Assembly (NCBI GenBank): GCA_040882355.1
Contig: JBBEBM010000028.1
Location: 1-34,074 of the forward strand
DNA length: 34,074 nucleotides
Source of the DNA: Dehalococcoidia bacterium
GTDB taxonomy: Bacteria; Chloroflexota; Dehalococcoidia; DSTF01; RBG-16-68-14
Direction: 5' to 3'
The notes below the pieces were generated by a model. That model did not search any database and was not told the origin of the DNA. It was given only the letters and a program-made list of their open reading frames with translations. The translations under genes were made by a program, and so were the position numbers. Positions within the stretch are counted from its first letter, which is position 1, and each line of letters begins with the position of its first letter. Of the stretch, positions 1 to 11,673 are shown one piece after another.

Positions 1-1
1 C

Positions 2-208
2 GCCGCCGGCCTCGCCGCGGAACGCGCGGCCAAGCAGGCGATGGAGCATGGCCTGCGCCAGGTGGACGTGTTCGTCAAGGGGCCCGGCTCGGGCCGCGAG
101 GCGGCGATCCGCTCGCTGGAGGGCGCCGGCCTCGCGATCCAGAGCATCCGAGACGTGACACCCATGCCCCACAACGGCTGCCGCCCGCCGAAGCGGCGGC
201 GGGTGTAG
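2..208 (+). CDS. rpsK: 30S ribosomal protein S11, 3' part (truncated by window start)
   Basis: Manual translation: ...[19 protein letters not shown]...[18 protein letters not shown]; directly upstream of rpsD. Confidence 0.97.
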   Translation, partial: AAGLAAERAAKQAMEHGLRQVDVFVKGPGSGREAAIRSLEGAGLAIQSIRDVTPMPHNGCRPPKRRRV

Positions 209-217
209 GAGAAGAGA

Positions 218-853
218 ATGGCCCGATACACAGGCCCGGTCTGCCGGCTCTGCCGGCGATACGGCGACAAACTCTACTTGAAGGGCGACCGCTGCGCTTC
301 ACCCAAGTGCGCGTTCGAGCGCCGGCCCACGCCGCCCGGTCAGGTACAGCGCTTCGGCGGCCGCCGGCGGCGCGTCTCGGACCGGGCGCTGCAGCTCCGA
401 GAGAAGCAGCGCGCCCGCTTCACGTACGGGATCATGGAAGGGCAGTTCCGCCGCTACTACAAGGACGCGACCCGCCGCGCCGGCATCACCGGCGAGACGC
501 TCGTCCGTCTCCTGGAGCAACGGCTGGACAACGTGGTCTTCCGGCTGGGCTTCGCTGACTCTCGTTCTCAGGCCCGCCAGACGGTGCGCCACGGCCACAT
601 CTCGCTCAACGGGCGCAAGACGGACATTCCGTCCTGCGCCACGAAGATAGGCGATGAGATCGTCTGGTCGCCCGGGGGCAAACAGACCGAGCTGTTCCGG
701 ATCATGCAGGAAGCCATCCCGAGCAAGGAGGTGCCCGACTGGCTAAGTGTTGACGCTGCGAGCATGACCGGCCGAGTCGTCTCAGTACCCGATGTCGCGC
801 AGGTCGGCGCCAAGTTCGACCCCGCGGTCATCGTGGAATACTACTCACGTTAG
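218..853 (+). CDS. rpsD: 30S ribosomal protein S4 (Cys-containing, Zn-binding type)
   Basis: MARYTGPVCRLCRR, QLREKQR, LEQRLDNVVFRLGFA, IVEYYSR. Confidence 0.98.
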   Translation: MARYTGPVCRLCRRYGDKLYLKGDRCASPKCAFERRPTPPGQVQRFGGRRRRVSDRALQLREKQRARFTYGIMEGQFRRYYKDATRRAGITGETLVRLLEQRLDNVVFRLGFADSRSQARQTVRHGHISLNGRKTDIPSCATKIGDEIVWSPGGKQTELFRIMQEAIPSKEVPDWLSVDAASMTGRVVSVPDVAQVGAKFDPAVIVEYYSR

Positions 854-865
854 GAAAGGCAGTCG

Positions 866-1969
866 ATGGACGTCGCCACCTATGAACCCAACTTGACCAG
901 CTTCCAGCTCACCGAGCTGGAGCCGCCCCGCATCACCGTCGAGGAGGAAGCGGACAACTACGTCCGCATGATCGCGGAGCCGCTCGCAGCGGGCTTCGGC
1001 ATCACGGTGGGGAACGCCCTGCGTCGCGTACTGCTCAACTCGCTGCCGGGCGCCGCTGTCACGTCCGTTCGCATCGACGAGGTCGAGCACGAGTTCTCCA
1101 CGATCAAGGGGATGAAGGAGGACACGATCGAGCTCCTCCTCAACATCAAGGAGCTCCGCCTTCGCCCGCTCTCCGACCGCCCCGCGAAGATGTACCTGGA
1201 AGGGCGCGGCCCGGGCGAGGTGCGCGGCAGCGACATCCAGGTCGCGGCCGACTATGAGATCGTGAACCCGGACCTCTATCTGGCCACACTCGACAACGAC
1301 AAGGCGCACATCACGATCGAGTTCACGGTGGAGCGCGGTCGCGGATTCCTGCCCGCCGGTCAGTCCGATGGGCTGCCCATCGGCGTGATCCCCGTCGACG
1401 CCATCTTCAGCCCGGTGCAGAAGGTTAACTATCGCGTCGAGCACACGCGCGTCGGCCAGGTGACGAACTACGACAAGCTCATCCTGGAAGTCTGGACCGA
1501 CGGCACGATCACGGGCGTGGAAGCGGTGAGTCAGAGCGCCGATGTCCTCCGCGAGGAGCTCGGGATCTTTTCGCAGCTTGGCAAGCCCGAGCCGCCCGTC
1601 GTCGAGCACGGCGTGGGCCGCGGCCTCTCGTTGGACGCGGATCAGGCAGGCACGCCGATTGAAGACCTGGGGCTCTCCGTTCGCGCCTACAACTGCCTGA
1701 AGCGCAGCGGCCTGATGACCGTCGGAGCGGTGCTCGAAAAGAGCGAGGACGAGCTGCTGGCGTTGCGCAACTTCGGCCGCAAGTCCTACGACGAGCTCAA
1801 GGCGCGCCTGATCGAGCTCGACTACCTCAAGCCGGACTCCGGCGACCAGGATGGGGAGACCGGTGAAGGCGGCGAGTCGCTCAGTCCGCTGGGCGCCGCG
1901 CTCATCAGGGCGCTCAAGGAGGCGGGCGAGGACCCCTCCGAGCTGGAGGACGAGCAGGAAGCGCCATGA
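866..1969 (+). CDS. rpoA: RNA polymerase alpha subunit
   Basis: [28 protein letters not shown], alpha[14 protein letters not shown]...NFGRKS; acidic tail. Confidence 0.98.
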   Translation: MDVATYEPNLTSFQLTELEPPRITVEEEADNYVRMIAEPLAAGFGITVGNALRRVLLNSLPGAAVTSVRIDEVEHEFSTIKGMKEDTIELLLNIKELRLRPLSDRPAKMYLEGRGPGEVRGSDIQVAADYEIVNPDLYLATLDNDKAHITIEFTVERGRGFLPAGQSDGLPIGVIPVDAIFSPVQKVNYRVEHTRVGQVTNYDKLILEVWTDGTITGVEAVSQSADVLREELGIFSQLGKPEPPVVEHGVGRGLSLDADQAGTPIEDLGLSVRAYNCLKRSGLMTVGAVLEKSEDELLALRNFGRKSYDELKARLIELDYLKPDSGDQDGETGEGGESLSPLGAALIRALKEAGEDPSELEDEQEAP

Positions 1970-2325
1970 GACACCGTGTAGCAGGGCGCAGGTTCAACCG
2001 GCCGACAGCGCAGCGCAAGGCGCTGCTGCGCGGGCTGGTCAGGGACCTGCTCCTGAACGAGTCGATCCGGACCACAGAGGCGAAGGCCAAGGAGGCGCGC
2101 GCGCCCGCCGAGAAGATGATCACGCTGGGCAAGGACGGCAGCCTGCACGCTCGCCGCCAGGCGCTCGCCTTCCTGATCGATAAGGCCGTTGTCAGCAAGG
2201 TCTTCGACGAGATCGCGCCGCGCTACGTCGGACGCAAGGGCGGCTACACGCGCATCACCAAGATCGGCCACCGCGGCGGTGACGGCGCGCCCGTCGCCCA
2301 GATCGAGCTGCTTCCCCAGGAGTGA
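1966..2325 (+). CDS. rplQ: 50S ribosomal protein L17
   Basis: [32 protein letters not shown] overlap with rpoA. Confidence 0.98.
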   Translation: MRHRVAGRRFNRPTAQRKALLRGLVRDLLLNESIRTTEAKAKEARAPAEKMITLGKDGSLHARRQALAFLIDKAVVSKVFDEIAPRYVGRKGGYTRITKIGHRGGDGAPVAQIELLPQE

Positions 2326-3104
2326 GCCCTCAGCCTCACGGGCGCCGTCTGGCGCTCGTGCTCGAATATGACGGCAGCCGGTATGGCGGCTCCCAGCTCC
2401 AGAAACGCACCCCCAGCATCCAGGGTGAGCTCGAGACCGCGATCGAGAAGCTCACCGGCGAGCGATCGCGCGCCGCGCTTGCGGGCCGCACGGACGCGGG
2501 CGTACATGCGCTGGGCCAGGTTGCTGCGTTCACCACGGCATCCTCGCTTGCCACGGAGGTCTTCGTCAGGGGGTTGAACGCGTGGCTACCGGAGGACATC
2601 GCGGTGCGGCGGGCGATCGAGGCGCCGCCGGACTTCGATCCGAGGAGGCACGCCTCCGGCCGGACGTATCGCTACGGGATCTACAACGGGCCGGTGCGGT
2701 CGCCTCTCTGGCGCGGGCACGCGTGGCACGTCGTCCAGGCGCTCGACATAACGATGATGCAACGCGCGGCGCAGACGCTGGTGGGCGAGCACGACTTTGC
2801 CGCCTTCAGCCGCCGCGAAGGCGTGACCACGGTGCGCTGCATCCGGAGGTGCGAAGTCACGCGGAAGGGCGCCCTGGTTTCCGTCGAGGTCGATGCGAAC
2901 GCCTTTCTCCGCCAGCAGATGCGGCGGACGGTAGGCGCTCTCGTGCAGATTGGGGCCGGCAAGGTGAGCGCGGCCGCTTTTCGCCGGCTCCTGAGTCAGG
3001 CGGAGCCTGCCACGGCGGGCCCGGTCGCGCCCGCGCACGGGCTCTGCCTGGTGCGGGTCGCCTATCCTGGACTCGACCTTACTGGCCAGGCGAGCTATGA
3101 TTAG
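2322..3104 (+). CDS. truA: tRNA pseudouridine(38-40) synthase
   Basis: [32 protein letters not shown]. Confidence 0.97.
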   Translation: MSPQPHGRRLALVLEYDGSRYGGSQLQKRTPSIQGELETAIEKLTGERSRAALAGRTDAGVHALGQVAAFTTASSLATEVFVRGLNAWLPEDIAVRRAIEAPPDFDPRRHASGRTYRYGIYNGPVRSPLWRGHAWHVVQALDITMMQRAAQTLVGEHDFAAFSRREGVTTVRCIRRCEVTRKGALVSVEVDANAFLRQQMRRTVGALVQIGAGKVSAAAFRRLLSQAEPATAGPVAPAHGLCLVRVAYPGLDLTGQASYD

Positions 3105-3112
3105 GGTTCCGA

Positions 3113-3134
3113 GGCCGGGCGAGATCGCCCGGCC
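3113..3134. repeat. GC-rich hairpin between truA and rplM
   Basis: ggccgggcga-ga-tcgcccggcc; no U tract. Confidence 0.6.
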
Positions 3135-3155
3135 CCTCGATGGATACGAGACGAG

Positions 3156-3761
3156 ATGAAGACGTACACACTCAAGCTGAAAGAGGTGCAGGAGCGCTGG
3201 CATGTCCTCGATGCCGAGGGGCGTCCGTTGGGGCGCCTGGCTTCGGAGGCGGCGCAGCTTCTGCGCGGTAAGCACCGCCCCACGTTCAGCCCGCACATGG
3301 ACAACGGCGACTTCGTGATCGTTGTCAACGCGGCGAAAGTGAAGGTGACCGGCTCCAAGACCCAGCAGAAGATCTACTATCGCCACACCGGCTATCCGGG
3401 CGGGCTGAAGGAGACGCCGCTCTGGCGCATGCTGGAGACGCGGCCCGAGCGCGTGATCCAGGCCGCCGTGAAGGGCATGCTGCCCCACAACCGCCTGGGG
3501 CGGAAGATACTCGGCCACCTGAAGGTCTACGGCGGCCCCGAGCACCCGCACGAGGCGCAGGTGAACGCCGGGCGCCGTCGCGTTCCTGGCGCGGTGACCG
3601 AGGCGAGCGCCGTCGCGGCTGTCGCCGAGGCGCCGGTCGCGGAGATCGACGAGACTCCGACGGAGGAGCCGGCAGGCGAGATTGAGGAGACTCCGACCGG
3701 GGAAGCGGCCGAAACGCCCGAGGAGACCTCAGGCGACGGGACGGACGAGGAGCAGGCATGA
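3156..3761 (+). CDS. rplM: 50S ribosomal protein L13 with acidic C-terminal extension
   Basis: [37 protein letters not shown]. Confidence 0.98.
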   Translation: MKTYTLKLKEVQERWHVLDAEGRPLGRLASEAAQLLRGKHRPTFSPHMDNGDFVIVVNAAKVKVTGSKTQQKIYYRHTGYPGGLKETPLWRMLETRPERVIQAAVKGMLPHNRLGRKILGHLKVYGGPEHPHEAQVNAGRRRVPGAVTEASAVAAVAEAPVAEIDETPTEEPAGEIEETPTGEAAETPEETSGDGTDEEQA

Positions 3762-4153
3762 CGAACGAGCAGCACTACTACGCGACGGGCCGGCGCAAGA
3801 GCGCCGTCGCTCGCGTGCGACTCTACCCTGGCACCGGGCCGATCACGATCAATGAAAAGCCTTTCGAGCAGGTCTTCACGCTCGTCAGCCACCAGAAGAC
3901 GATCGTCCGGCCGCTGGAGGTCACGGAGACGCAGGACAAATTCCGCGTTCAGGTGAAGGTGGCCGGAGGCGGCATCACCGGCTGGGCCGACGCCATCGCG
4001 CACGGCATCGCGCGCGCGCTGGTCGTCTCGGACGAATCGGCGCGCAAGCTGCTCCGACATCACGGGCTACTCACCCGCGACGCGCGGGTCAAGGAGCGCA
4101 AGAAGTACGGCCTGAAGCGCGCCCGCAAGGCTCCGCAGTACACCAAGCGCTAA
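3758..4153 (+). CDS. rpsI: 30S ribosomal protein S9
   Basis: [38 protein letters not shown]. Confidence 0.98.
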   Translation: MTNEQHYYATGRRKSAVARVRLYPGTGPITINEKPFEQVFTLVSHQKTIVRPLEVTETQDKFRVQVKVAGGGITGWADAIAHGIARALVVSDESARKLLRHHGLLTRDARVKERKKYGLKRARKAPQYTKR

Positions 4154-4173
4154 CGAACCAACCTCGCCAAGAC

Positions 4174-4203
4174 CAGAAGGCCAGCCTTTAGGCTGGCCTT
4201 CTG
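4174..4203. terminator. REP-like hairpin between convergent operons, possibly acting as terminator
   Basis: cagaaggccagcc-ttta-ggctggccttctg, 13-bp perfect stem; no clear U tract. Confidence 0.6.
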
Positions 4204-4225
4204 CGGACTCGCTCGCGTCGCGTCC

Positions 4226-4750
4226 CTAGAACCGCCAGGCATCGCGCAGAACGTGGGTCTTCACCCAGTCCCACGGCTGCGCCTCTGCGTAGTGCAGCAT
4301 GTACTCCTGCGCCAGCTTCGGGATCAGGAGGAGGAAGAGGAGCGCCCCAAGCCGGGGCGGCGTCAGGGTCCATGTTGGCGCGAACCGCAGTAGCAGCAGG
4401 TAGGCCAGGTAGAAGTTCTCGAACAGGTTGGGGAAGACGAGCAGGAAGGCGCGCGTCTGCGTCACCTCGAACACGATGACGCCCACCGCCCGGTAGGCGA
4501 ACAGCGCGACGCTCGTCCACTTCGCGAGCGGCTCCCAGCGCAGCGACACAATCAGCTCGAACGAGAGGTAGTAGATGTCGAGGCCCTTGTCGAGGGCTGC
4601 GTAGTTGTCGAAACCGCCGAGGCCGACCATCTCGATCAGCACGACGTCCAGCGCGTCGAGCAGCATCGAAGCGAGGCCGCCGGCCAGCGGCCAGCGGAAG
4701 ATGGAGAGCGGTACGGTCAGGCGGAGGAGGACGACGATGAACTGGCCCAA
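4226..4750 (-). CDS. Membrane protein, possibly distant CDP-alcohol phosphotransferase-like
   Basis: Several hydrophobic helices; DALD...DKGLD aspartate pattern; 8 bp after PGI/PMI stop. Confidence 0.75.
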   Translation of the reverse strand: MGQFIVVLLRLTVPLSIFRWPLAGGLASMLLDALDVVLIEMVGLGGFDNYAALDKGLDIYYLSFELIVSLRWEPLAKWTSVALFAYRAVGVIVFEVTQTRAFLLVFPNLFENFYLAYLLLLRFAPTWTLTPPRLGALLFLLLIPKLAQEYMLHYAEAQPWDWVKTHVLRDAWRF

Positions 4751-4758
4751 GTTGGGGC

Positions 4759-5835
4759 CTAGCTCGCCGCCAGACGCGCCTTGAGCCGTCCGATGGCGTC
4801 GACGGGCGATGGGTCCACGCCGTAGAGCAGCGCCAGGTAGTAGCTGACCAGGTCGCCGAAGTAGATGGCGGTGAGCGCCTGCGCCAACGGGCTGCTCCCC
4901 CTGGCTTCGAGGCGCTCATGCGAGACGCCCGCGCGCGTCAGCTCGTCCGCGATCACGTCGTACTGGATGAGCACTCGCGGGTGAAGCGCGGGGTGGGCGA
5001 GGAAGACGACGTGCAGGAGGTCGAGCGCCTCGCGCGGCAGGCCGAAGCCGACGATGCTGTTGTGCCCGAGCTCGGGCAGCGCGTCGTTGAGCGCCCAGCT
5101 CTTGCTGTTCTCGTTGAGCTGCGTCCGCCATCGATGCGCCGCCTCGGCGAGCACCCCGGCGCCGATGATGACGGGGAGCCGCCCGTGCAGCCGCGCCGCG
5201 AGCTGCTTCGCCGGGTTGCGTTCCGCCGCGGAGGCGAAGCCGAGCTGATCGCGCTGGTCGCGCATCAGCGCCACCGTCTCGGTCAGGGCCGCTCCCTGGT
5301 CATCGAGCGCGCCGGCTTGCTGGGCGACAGCCAGCAGGCGCATGAGCTGGTGGCCGATCGCCGAGCGCGGCCCGCCATCAAAAAGGTAGACGAACGCGGG
5401 CAGCGCGCGCTCCTGCGCGAGCTCGCGCAGCCGGCCGCCCGTCGTGACCACGGCGAGCCGCGCTCCGGCTTCCAGCGCTTTGTCGACCGCGGAGAGCGTC
5501 TCTTCGGTGTTGCCGCTGTGGCTGCAGGCGACGACCAGCGTCGAGTCGCCGATGTAGGGCGGCAGGTCGTACCCGCGCACGACGCTCACCGGCTTGCGGC
5601 CCGAGATCGCCGCGAGCGAACCGACGATGTCGCCCGCAATGGCGGAGCCTCCCATGCCGAGCACGACGATCTCGCGCGCATCGCGATAGCGCTCCGGCAG
5701 CCCGATGGCGGTTGCCTGCTCCCACGCCTCCGCGCACTGCTCCGGCAGGCCTTCGATGTGCCTGAGCAGTCCCTGCGAGTCGATCCGTTCCACCAGAGCC
5801 CGGTCATCGAGCGCTGAGCCTCCAGCCTCCAGCAT
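4759..5835 (-). CDS. Bifunctional phosphoglucose/phosphomannose isomerase (SIS fold)
   Basis: GMGGSAIAGD, SHSGNTEET, QLNENSK, PELGHN, LYGVDP. Confidence 0.93.
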   Translation of the reverse strand: MLEAGGSALDDRALVERIDSQGLLRHIEGLPEQCAEAWEQATAIGLPERYRDAREIVVLGMGGSAIAGDIVGSLAAISGRKPVSVVRGYDLPPYIGDSTLVVACSHSGNTEETLSAVDKALEAGARLAVVTTGGRLRELAQERALPAFVYLFDGGPRSAIGHQLMRLLAVAQQAGALDDQGAALTETVALMRDQRDQLGFASAAERNPAKQLAARLHGRLPVIIGAGVLAEAAHRWRTQLNENSKSWALNDALPELGHNSIVGFGLPREALDLLHVVFLAHPALHPRVLIQYDVIADELTRAGVSHERLEARGSSPLAQALTAIYFGDLVSYYLALLYGVDPSPVDAIGRLKARLAAS

Positions 5836-6522
5836 CTAGCTTCGACCCTCCAATTGCGCGGCCGCCTCGTTTAGGTCCTTGACGGTATCGATCGCCTTCC
5901 AGTACGAGCGCGAGCGGTAGGCGTAGAGCTTGCCCTGCGCTGCGAGGCGGGGGAACAGCTTGTCCTCGTGGTCGCCCTTGCCCGGTAGGCCGCGGAAGAA
6001 CTCGCGGTTGAGCACGTAGACGCCGGCGCTGAGCCAGTGGGGGAGCAGCGGCTTCTCCTCGAAGCCCACGATGCGCTTGCCCTGCTGGCGAACGATGCCG
6101 TACGGGCTGCGGAGCTGCGTGAGCAGGAGCGTGCCGACGGCGCCCGTGCGCTCGTGCTGACGGATCATCGGCGCGAGCGGCTGCGTGTTCACGTTGTCGC
6201 CGTTCGTCGCGATGAGCAGCGTCTCGCTCTTGGGCACCTCTCGGTACGCCAGCTTGAGGGCGCCCCCGCGGCCCAACGGCTCGCGCTCAACCGAGTAGCG
6301 CATGCGCACGCCCCAACGCCGCCCGTCCTTGAAGTAGCGCTCGATCTTCTCGTGCAGGTAGCCGCATGCGACAACGATGTCCGTCACGCCGCTGCCGCGC
6401 AGCCACTCGACCTGGTACTCGAGGATCGGTTTGCCGAGCAGCGGAACCATCGATTTCGGCCGGTTGCTCGTCAGCGGCCGCAACCGCTCGCCCTTCCCTC
6501 CGGCCAGCACGATCGCGAACAT
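5836..6522 (-). CDS. Sugar-phosphate nucleotidyltransferase (NTP_transferase family)
   Basis: LAGGKGERLRPLT..RPK, EPLGRGGAL, NGD, FEEKP; RBS aggagg. Confidence 0.92.
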   Translation of the reverse strand: MFAIVLAGGKGERLRPLTSNRPKSMVPLLGKPILEYQVEWLRGSGVTDIVVACGYLHEKIERYFKDGRRWGVRMRYSVEREPLGRGGALKLAYREVPKSETLLIATNGDNVNTQPLAPMIRQHERTGAVGTLLLTQLRSPYGIVRQQGKRIVGFEEKPLLPHWLSAGVYVLNREFFRGLPGKGDHEDKLFPRLAAQGKLYAYRSRSYWKAIDTVKDLNEAAAQLEGRS

Positions 6523-6644
6523 CAGGGGCGGACCTCCTGGCCCTTCGCCGCACAGATCGCCACGAAATACGTGCCGGGTTGGGCGCGGTCACGCTCGGGA
6601 AGGCGGACCGAACGCCGTTCGCGGGTCGCTGAGGCGGATGGCAT
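6522..6644 (-). pseudogene. 40-aa relic of a REP-associated tyrosine transposase (RAYT) N-terminus
   Basis: Manual translation MPSASATRERRSVRLPERDRAQPGTYFVAICAAKGQEVRP*; resembles RRSIRLxxYDYSQxGxYFVTIC start of RAYTs; TGATG overlap with next gene. Confidence 0.65.
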
Positions 6645-6668
6645 CCTTGCGCGTCTCGGCCTGCTCGC

Positions 6669-7919
6669 CTAGCTCGCCTCGACCGCCGGGGCGCGCTCTT
6701 CGCTCAGGCCGGCCTCGCGACGGAGCACGTCCGCCTTGTCCGTGCGCTCCCAGGGCGCGTCGATGTCGGTACGGCCGAAGTGGCCGTAGGCCGCCGTCGC
6801 CCGGTAGATCGGGCGTCGCAGGTCCAGGTCGCGGATGATCGCTGCCGGGCGCAGGTCGAAGTGCTTGCGGACGAGGTCGAGGATCGTCTGGTCGTCGACC
6901 TGGCCCGTGCCGAACGTCTCGACGGCGATCGAGGTCGGGTGGGAGACGCCGATGGCGTACGAGAGCTGGAACTCGGCGCGCTCGGCGAGCCCTGCGGCGA
7001 CGACGTTCTTCGCCACGTAGCGCGCGGCGTAGGCGGCGGAGCGGTCGACCTTCGTCGGGTCCTTGCCGGAGAACGCGCCGCCGCCGTGCCGGGCGATCCC
7101 TCCGTAGGTATCCACGATGATCTTGCGGCCGGTGACCCCGGCGTCGCCCATCGGCCCGCCGATGACGAAGCGGCCGGTTGGGTTGACGTAGTAGCGAGTG
7201 CGGTCGTCCAGCAGCTCCGGCGGGATCACCTCGTGCACCACCACGTCGATCAGTTCCCGCTGGAGCTGGTCGTGGGGCACCACCGGGTCGTGCTGCGAGG
7301 AGATCACGACGGCGTCGATGCGCTTCGGGCGGCCGTACTCGTACTCAACCGTCACCTGCGACTTGCCGTCCGGACGGAGGTAGTCCAGGATGCCTTCCTT
7401 CCGGACGTGGGTGAGCCGCCGGCAGAGCTTGTGCGCGAGCGAAATGGTGAGCGGCATCAGCTCCGGCGTCTCCCTGCAGGCGAACCCGATCATCATGCCC
7501 TGGTCGCCGGCGCCCTGCTCCAGGTCGATCTCATCAGCGCCGGCGGCGCCCTCGCGCGCCTCCAGCGATTTGTTGACGCCCTGCGCGATGTCGCCTGACT
7601 GCTCCTTGATCGAGACCGTCACGCCGCACGTCTCGAAGTCGAAGCCGTACTTGGCGCGGGTGTAACCGACGTCCCTGACCGTGTCGCGCACGATCTTGGG
7701 GATGTCGACGTAGCAGTTCGTGGTGATCTCGCCCATGACGACGACGAGGCCCGTCGTGACGGCGGTCTCGCAGGCGACGCGCGCCATCGGGTCCTGCCCG
7801 ATGATCTCGTCCAGGATCGCGTCCGAGATCTGGTCGCACAGTTTGTCCGGGTGCCCCTCGGTGACCGACTCGGACGTCAGAAACAGAGACGGCGAGGTCA
7901 TAAAGGTTGTGTCGCTCAT
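6669..7919 (-). CDS. metK: S-adenosylmethionine synthetase
   Basis: [49 protein letters not shown]. Confidence 0.99.
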   Translation of the reverse strand: MSDTTFMTSPSLFLTSESVTEGHPDKLCDQISDAILDEIIGQDPMARVACETAVTTGLVVVMGEITTNCYVDIPKIVRDTVRDVGYTRAKYGFDFETCGVTVSIKEQSGDIAQGVNKSLEAREGAAGADEIDLEQGAGDQGMMIGFACRETPELMPLTISLAHKLCRRLTHVRKEGILDYLRPDGKSQVTVEYEYGRPKRIDAVVISSQHDPVVPHDQLQRELIDVVVHEVIPPELLDDRTRYYVNPTGRFVIGGPMGDAGVTGRKIIVDTYGGIARHGGGAFSGKDPTKVDRSAAYAARYVAKNVVAAGLAERAEFQLSYAIGVSHPTSIAVETFGTGQVDDQTILDLVRKHFDLRPAAIIRDLDLRRPIYRATAAYGHFGRTDIDAPWERTDKADVLRREAGLSEERAPAVEAS

Positions 7920-7992
7920 TGGTTTCCCCCTTGTTTCTTGGCTACTCGGTTCGTTAGGCGCTATCGTGGTGCATCCCGCCTCCCGCTTCCAA

Positions 7993-9264
<1,272 letters not shown>

Positions 9265-9885
9265 CTAGGCTTCCTTCCTACTGCTTGCGGCTACGGCTTC
9301 TTCCGCGAATGGCGGTTCCGGGTAGTACTCGATCGCTTTCTGGACGTTGCGCGCTGTCTCCGGGCTGGCCAGTTGGCCGACCAGGTAGAGTGCCATATCG
9401 ATGCCCGCCGAGACGCCCGCGGCCGTGATCACGTTCCCATCGACAGCGAAGCGCCGCTCGACGACGCGCACGTCCGGCTCCGCGCGGAGCTCGTTCAGCG
9501 CCGCCCAGTGCGTTGTCGCTTCGCGCCCCTTCAGGAAGCCGGCGCGCGAGAGGACCAGCGCTCCGGTACACACTGACGTGACCCACTGTGCGGCCCCGCC
9601 GGTGCGCTGGACGAAGTCGAGCATTGCGGGATTGCTCATCTCCTGGCGCGTGCCAAAGCCGCCGGGCACCAGCACGACCTCGAGCGGAGGGCAGTCGTCG
9701 AACGTGTGGTCGGGGACCACTGTGAGGCCCTTCGCCGCGTGCACGGGCTCGGACGTTTGGGCGACGGTGACGACCCGCCAGTCCTTATCGAAGTACTTGG
9801 CGAACGAGCCGAACACTTCGATCGGGCCCACGAAGTCCAGCTCCTCGACATCCGGGAAGATCACGATTCCGAACGTTCTTGTCAC
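9265..9885 (-). CDS. DJ-1/PfpI family protein
   Basis: EELDFVGP, VPGGFG, SVCTGA, ATTHW, TAAGVSAGIDMAL. Confidence 0.93.
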   Translation of the reverse strand: MTRTFGIVIFPDVEELDFVGPIEVFGSFAKYFDKDWRVVTVAQTSEPVHAAKGLTVVPDHTFDDCPPLEVVLVPGGFGTRQEMSNPAMLDFVQRTGGAAQWVTSVCTGALVLSRAGFLKGREATTHWAALNELRAEPDVRVVERRFAVDGNVITAAGVSAGIDMALYLVGQLASPETARNVQKAIEYYPEPPFAEEAVAASSRKEA

Positions 9886-9895
9886 GGTTCCCTCC

Positions 9896-10798
9896 TCATG
9901 TCGAAACGCTCACGAGCTCACCGCCGTAGCGCCTTCCGCGCAAGGTAGCGAGCTGCCGTCGCGTGAACGAGACGACGCTCGGCGTGCGACGCGTTGCCGC
10001 GCCCTCGATCAGGCGCCCGACTTCGCGGAAGCCGACCGCCTGGTACGCGCGCACCGCCGCGATGTTGCGCGCGTCGACGCTGAGCACGACCTCCTCACAC
10101 GTTCGGAGCAGTTGCTGCGTCACGGTGCTCGTCACGAGGCGCCCCAGGCCCCGCCCGCGATGGCCCGGGTGGGTGAACACGTTCCCCAGCACCGCGATGC
10201 CGTCCGCTTCGGCGATCACGTGCGTGCCCGCGACAGCCACGAGCCGTCCGCCCTCGCTCGCGCCGTAGTAAACGGCCTCGTCGATGTTCTCCGATGTGTA
10301 GAACGCGGGCGTGCCATCCGTGCGGTAGAGACGGTTGATCTGGCGGACGTGCGCGCCCGTCAGCCGGCGGACGTTGCCCATCACCGGCTTGAAGGTGTCG
10401 CGGTCCACGAGCATGCGCGACATGCTGTGCCGCTCCGGGAGCTGGTAGTGGCGAAGCACCGTTTCCAGGTGCTGAAGCTGGCACGTGAGGAACGTGTGGC
10501 GCGGCCCTGGATGGAGGCGGAACAGCGCGTCGAGGCCATCCATCGAGCCGAGCGCGAAGAGGGCGTTACCCAGTCCGCCGCGCGAGTGAAGCAGGAGGGC
10601 CTGGCCGCTCGCCCCACGCGCCACGCGCCATTCGCTCTTGGCGAAGAGGTCGGGCTGGAGCTGACCGAGCGCGTAGGCCGCGTACGCCCGGTGCGGCACC
10701 AGCAGGCGTCGCAGCTCGTTTCGGTCGCGCAGCGCCCGTACAAGGTAGGTCGTGTGCCTTCGCGTCGCGATCTGCCGGGAGAGGGGCCGGTCTGCCAT
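9896..10798 (-). CDS. GNAT family N-acetyltransferase (start revised to MADRPL)
   Basis: GNVFTHPGHRGRGLG and NIAAVRAYQAVGF; ATG at 10798 overlaps mtnP stop (TGATG). Confidence 0.88.
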   Translation of the reverse strand: MADRPLSRQIATRRHTTYLVRALRDRNELRRLLVPHRAYAAYALGQLQPDLFAKSEWRVARGASGQALLLHSRGGLGNALFALGSMDGLDALFRLHPGPRHTFLTCQLQHLETVLRHYQLPERHSMSRMLVDRDTFKPVMGNVRRLTGAHVRQINRLYRTDGTPAFYTSENIDEAVYYGASEGGRLVAVAGTHVIAEADGIAVLGNVFTHPGHRGRGLGRLVTSTVTQQLLRTCEEVVLSVDARNIAAVRAYQAVGFREVGRLIEGAATRRTPSVVSFTRRQLATLRGRRYGGELVSVST

Positions 10799-11673
10799 CA
10801 GCGCGCGGCTCCTACGGGCATGTAACGCGAGACGATGGGGCCCAGCCGGCGCTTCGTCTCCTCGGGCACCAGCTCCGGCGCGGTGACGAGCGCCGTCGCC
10901 AGCGCCGAGGCGCACTGGCAGTCGCGCGCTGCCGGCAGGGCGCGCACGGCCTGCGCTACGACGCGCCTGGCCGTCTCGACGTTGCGGCCCAGGTTCTGGA
11001 TGATCAGGTCGGCCGAGACCGGGTCGTGATCGTCGTGCCAGGTATCGTAGTCGGTGACGAGAGCGAGGGTCGCATAGCAGATCTCCGCCTCGCGGGCGAG
11101 CTTCGCCTCGGGCAACGCCGTCATGCCGATGACGCGCGCGTCCCAGGAGCGGTAGAGGAACGATTCTGCCTTCGTCGAGAAAGCCGGGCCCTCGATGACC
11201 ACGTAGGCGCCCCCGCTGTGCGCCGCGGTTTCTGCGCCGGCGGCGCCGGCGAGGACGGCTCGGAGCGTTGGGCAGAACGGCTCGTCGAAGGCGATGTGGG
11301 CGACGAGGCCCTGGCCGAAGAACGTGCTCATTCGCCCTCTCGTGCGGTCGATAAGCTGGTCCGGCACGACAACGTGTAACGGCGCGATCTCCTCGCGCAG
11401 GCTGCCGACGGCGCTGACGGCGATGATGCGCTCGACGCCCAGCTCCTTTAGCGCCCAGATGTTGGCGCGCGCCGGCAGCTCGCCCGGCAGGAGGCGATGC
11501 CCCACGCCGTGTCGCGGCAGGAAGGCGACGCGTGTGCCGTCAAGCGTGCCGAGGACGATTGCGTCGCTCGGCGGGCCGAACGGCGTATCGACGCGCAGCT
11601 CTTCGATCTCGCTGAGGCCCTCGATCTCGTAGAAGCCGGAACCCCCGATGACCGCAACCTGGGCGCTGCTCAT
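10798..11673 (-). CDS. mtnP: 5'-methylthioadenosine phosphorylase
   Basis: [43 protein letters not shown]. Confidence 0.96.
   Translation of the reverse strand: MSSAQVAVIGGSGFYEIEGLSEIEELRVDTPFGPPSDAIVLGTLDGTRVAFLPRHGVGHRLLPGELPARANIWALKELGVERIIAVSAVGSLREEIAPLHVVVPDQLIDRTRGRMSTFFGQGLVAHIAFDEPFCPTLRAVLAGAAGAETAAHSGGAYVVIEGPAFSTKAESFLYRSWDARVIGMTALPEAKLAREAEICYATLALVTDYDTWHDDHDPVSADLIIQNLGRNVETARRVVAQAVRALPAARDCQCASALATALVTAPELVPEETKRRLGPIVSRYMPVGAAR

Noticed and set aside
3105..3155. L13 autoregulatory leader
   Set aside because: Only a simple GC hairpin; no recognisable leader consensus
7920..7992. Possible second riboswitch or internal promoter before metK
   Set aside because: Too short for SAM-I, no SAH/SAM-II consensus recognised; TTGGAA-18-CACGAT is only a weak match
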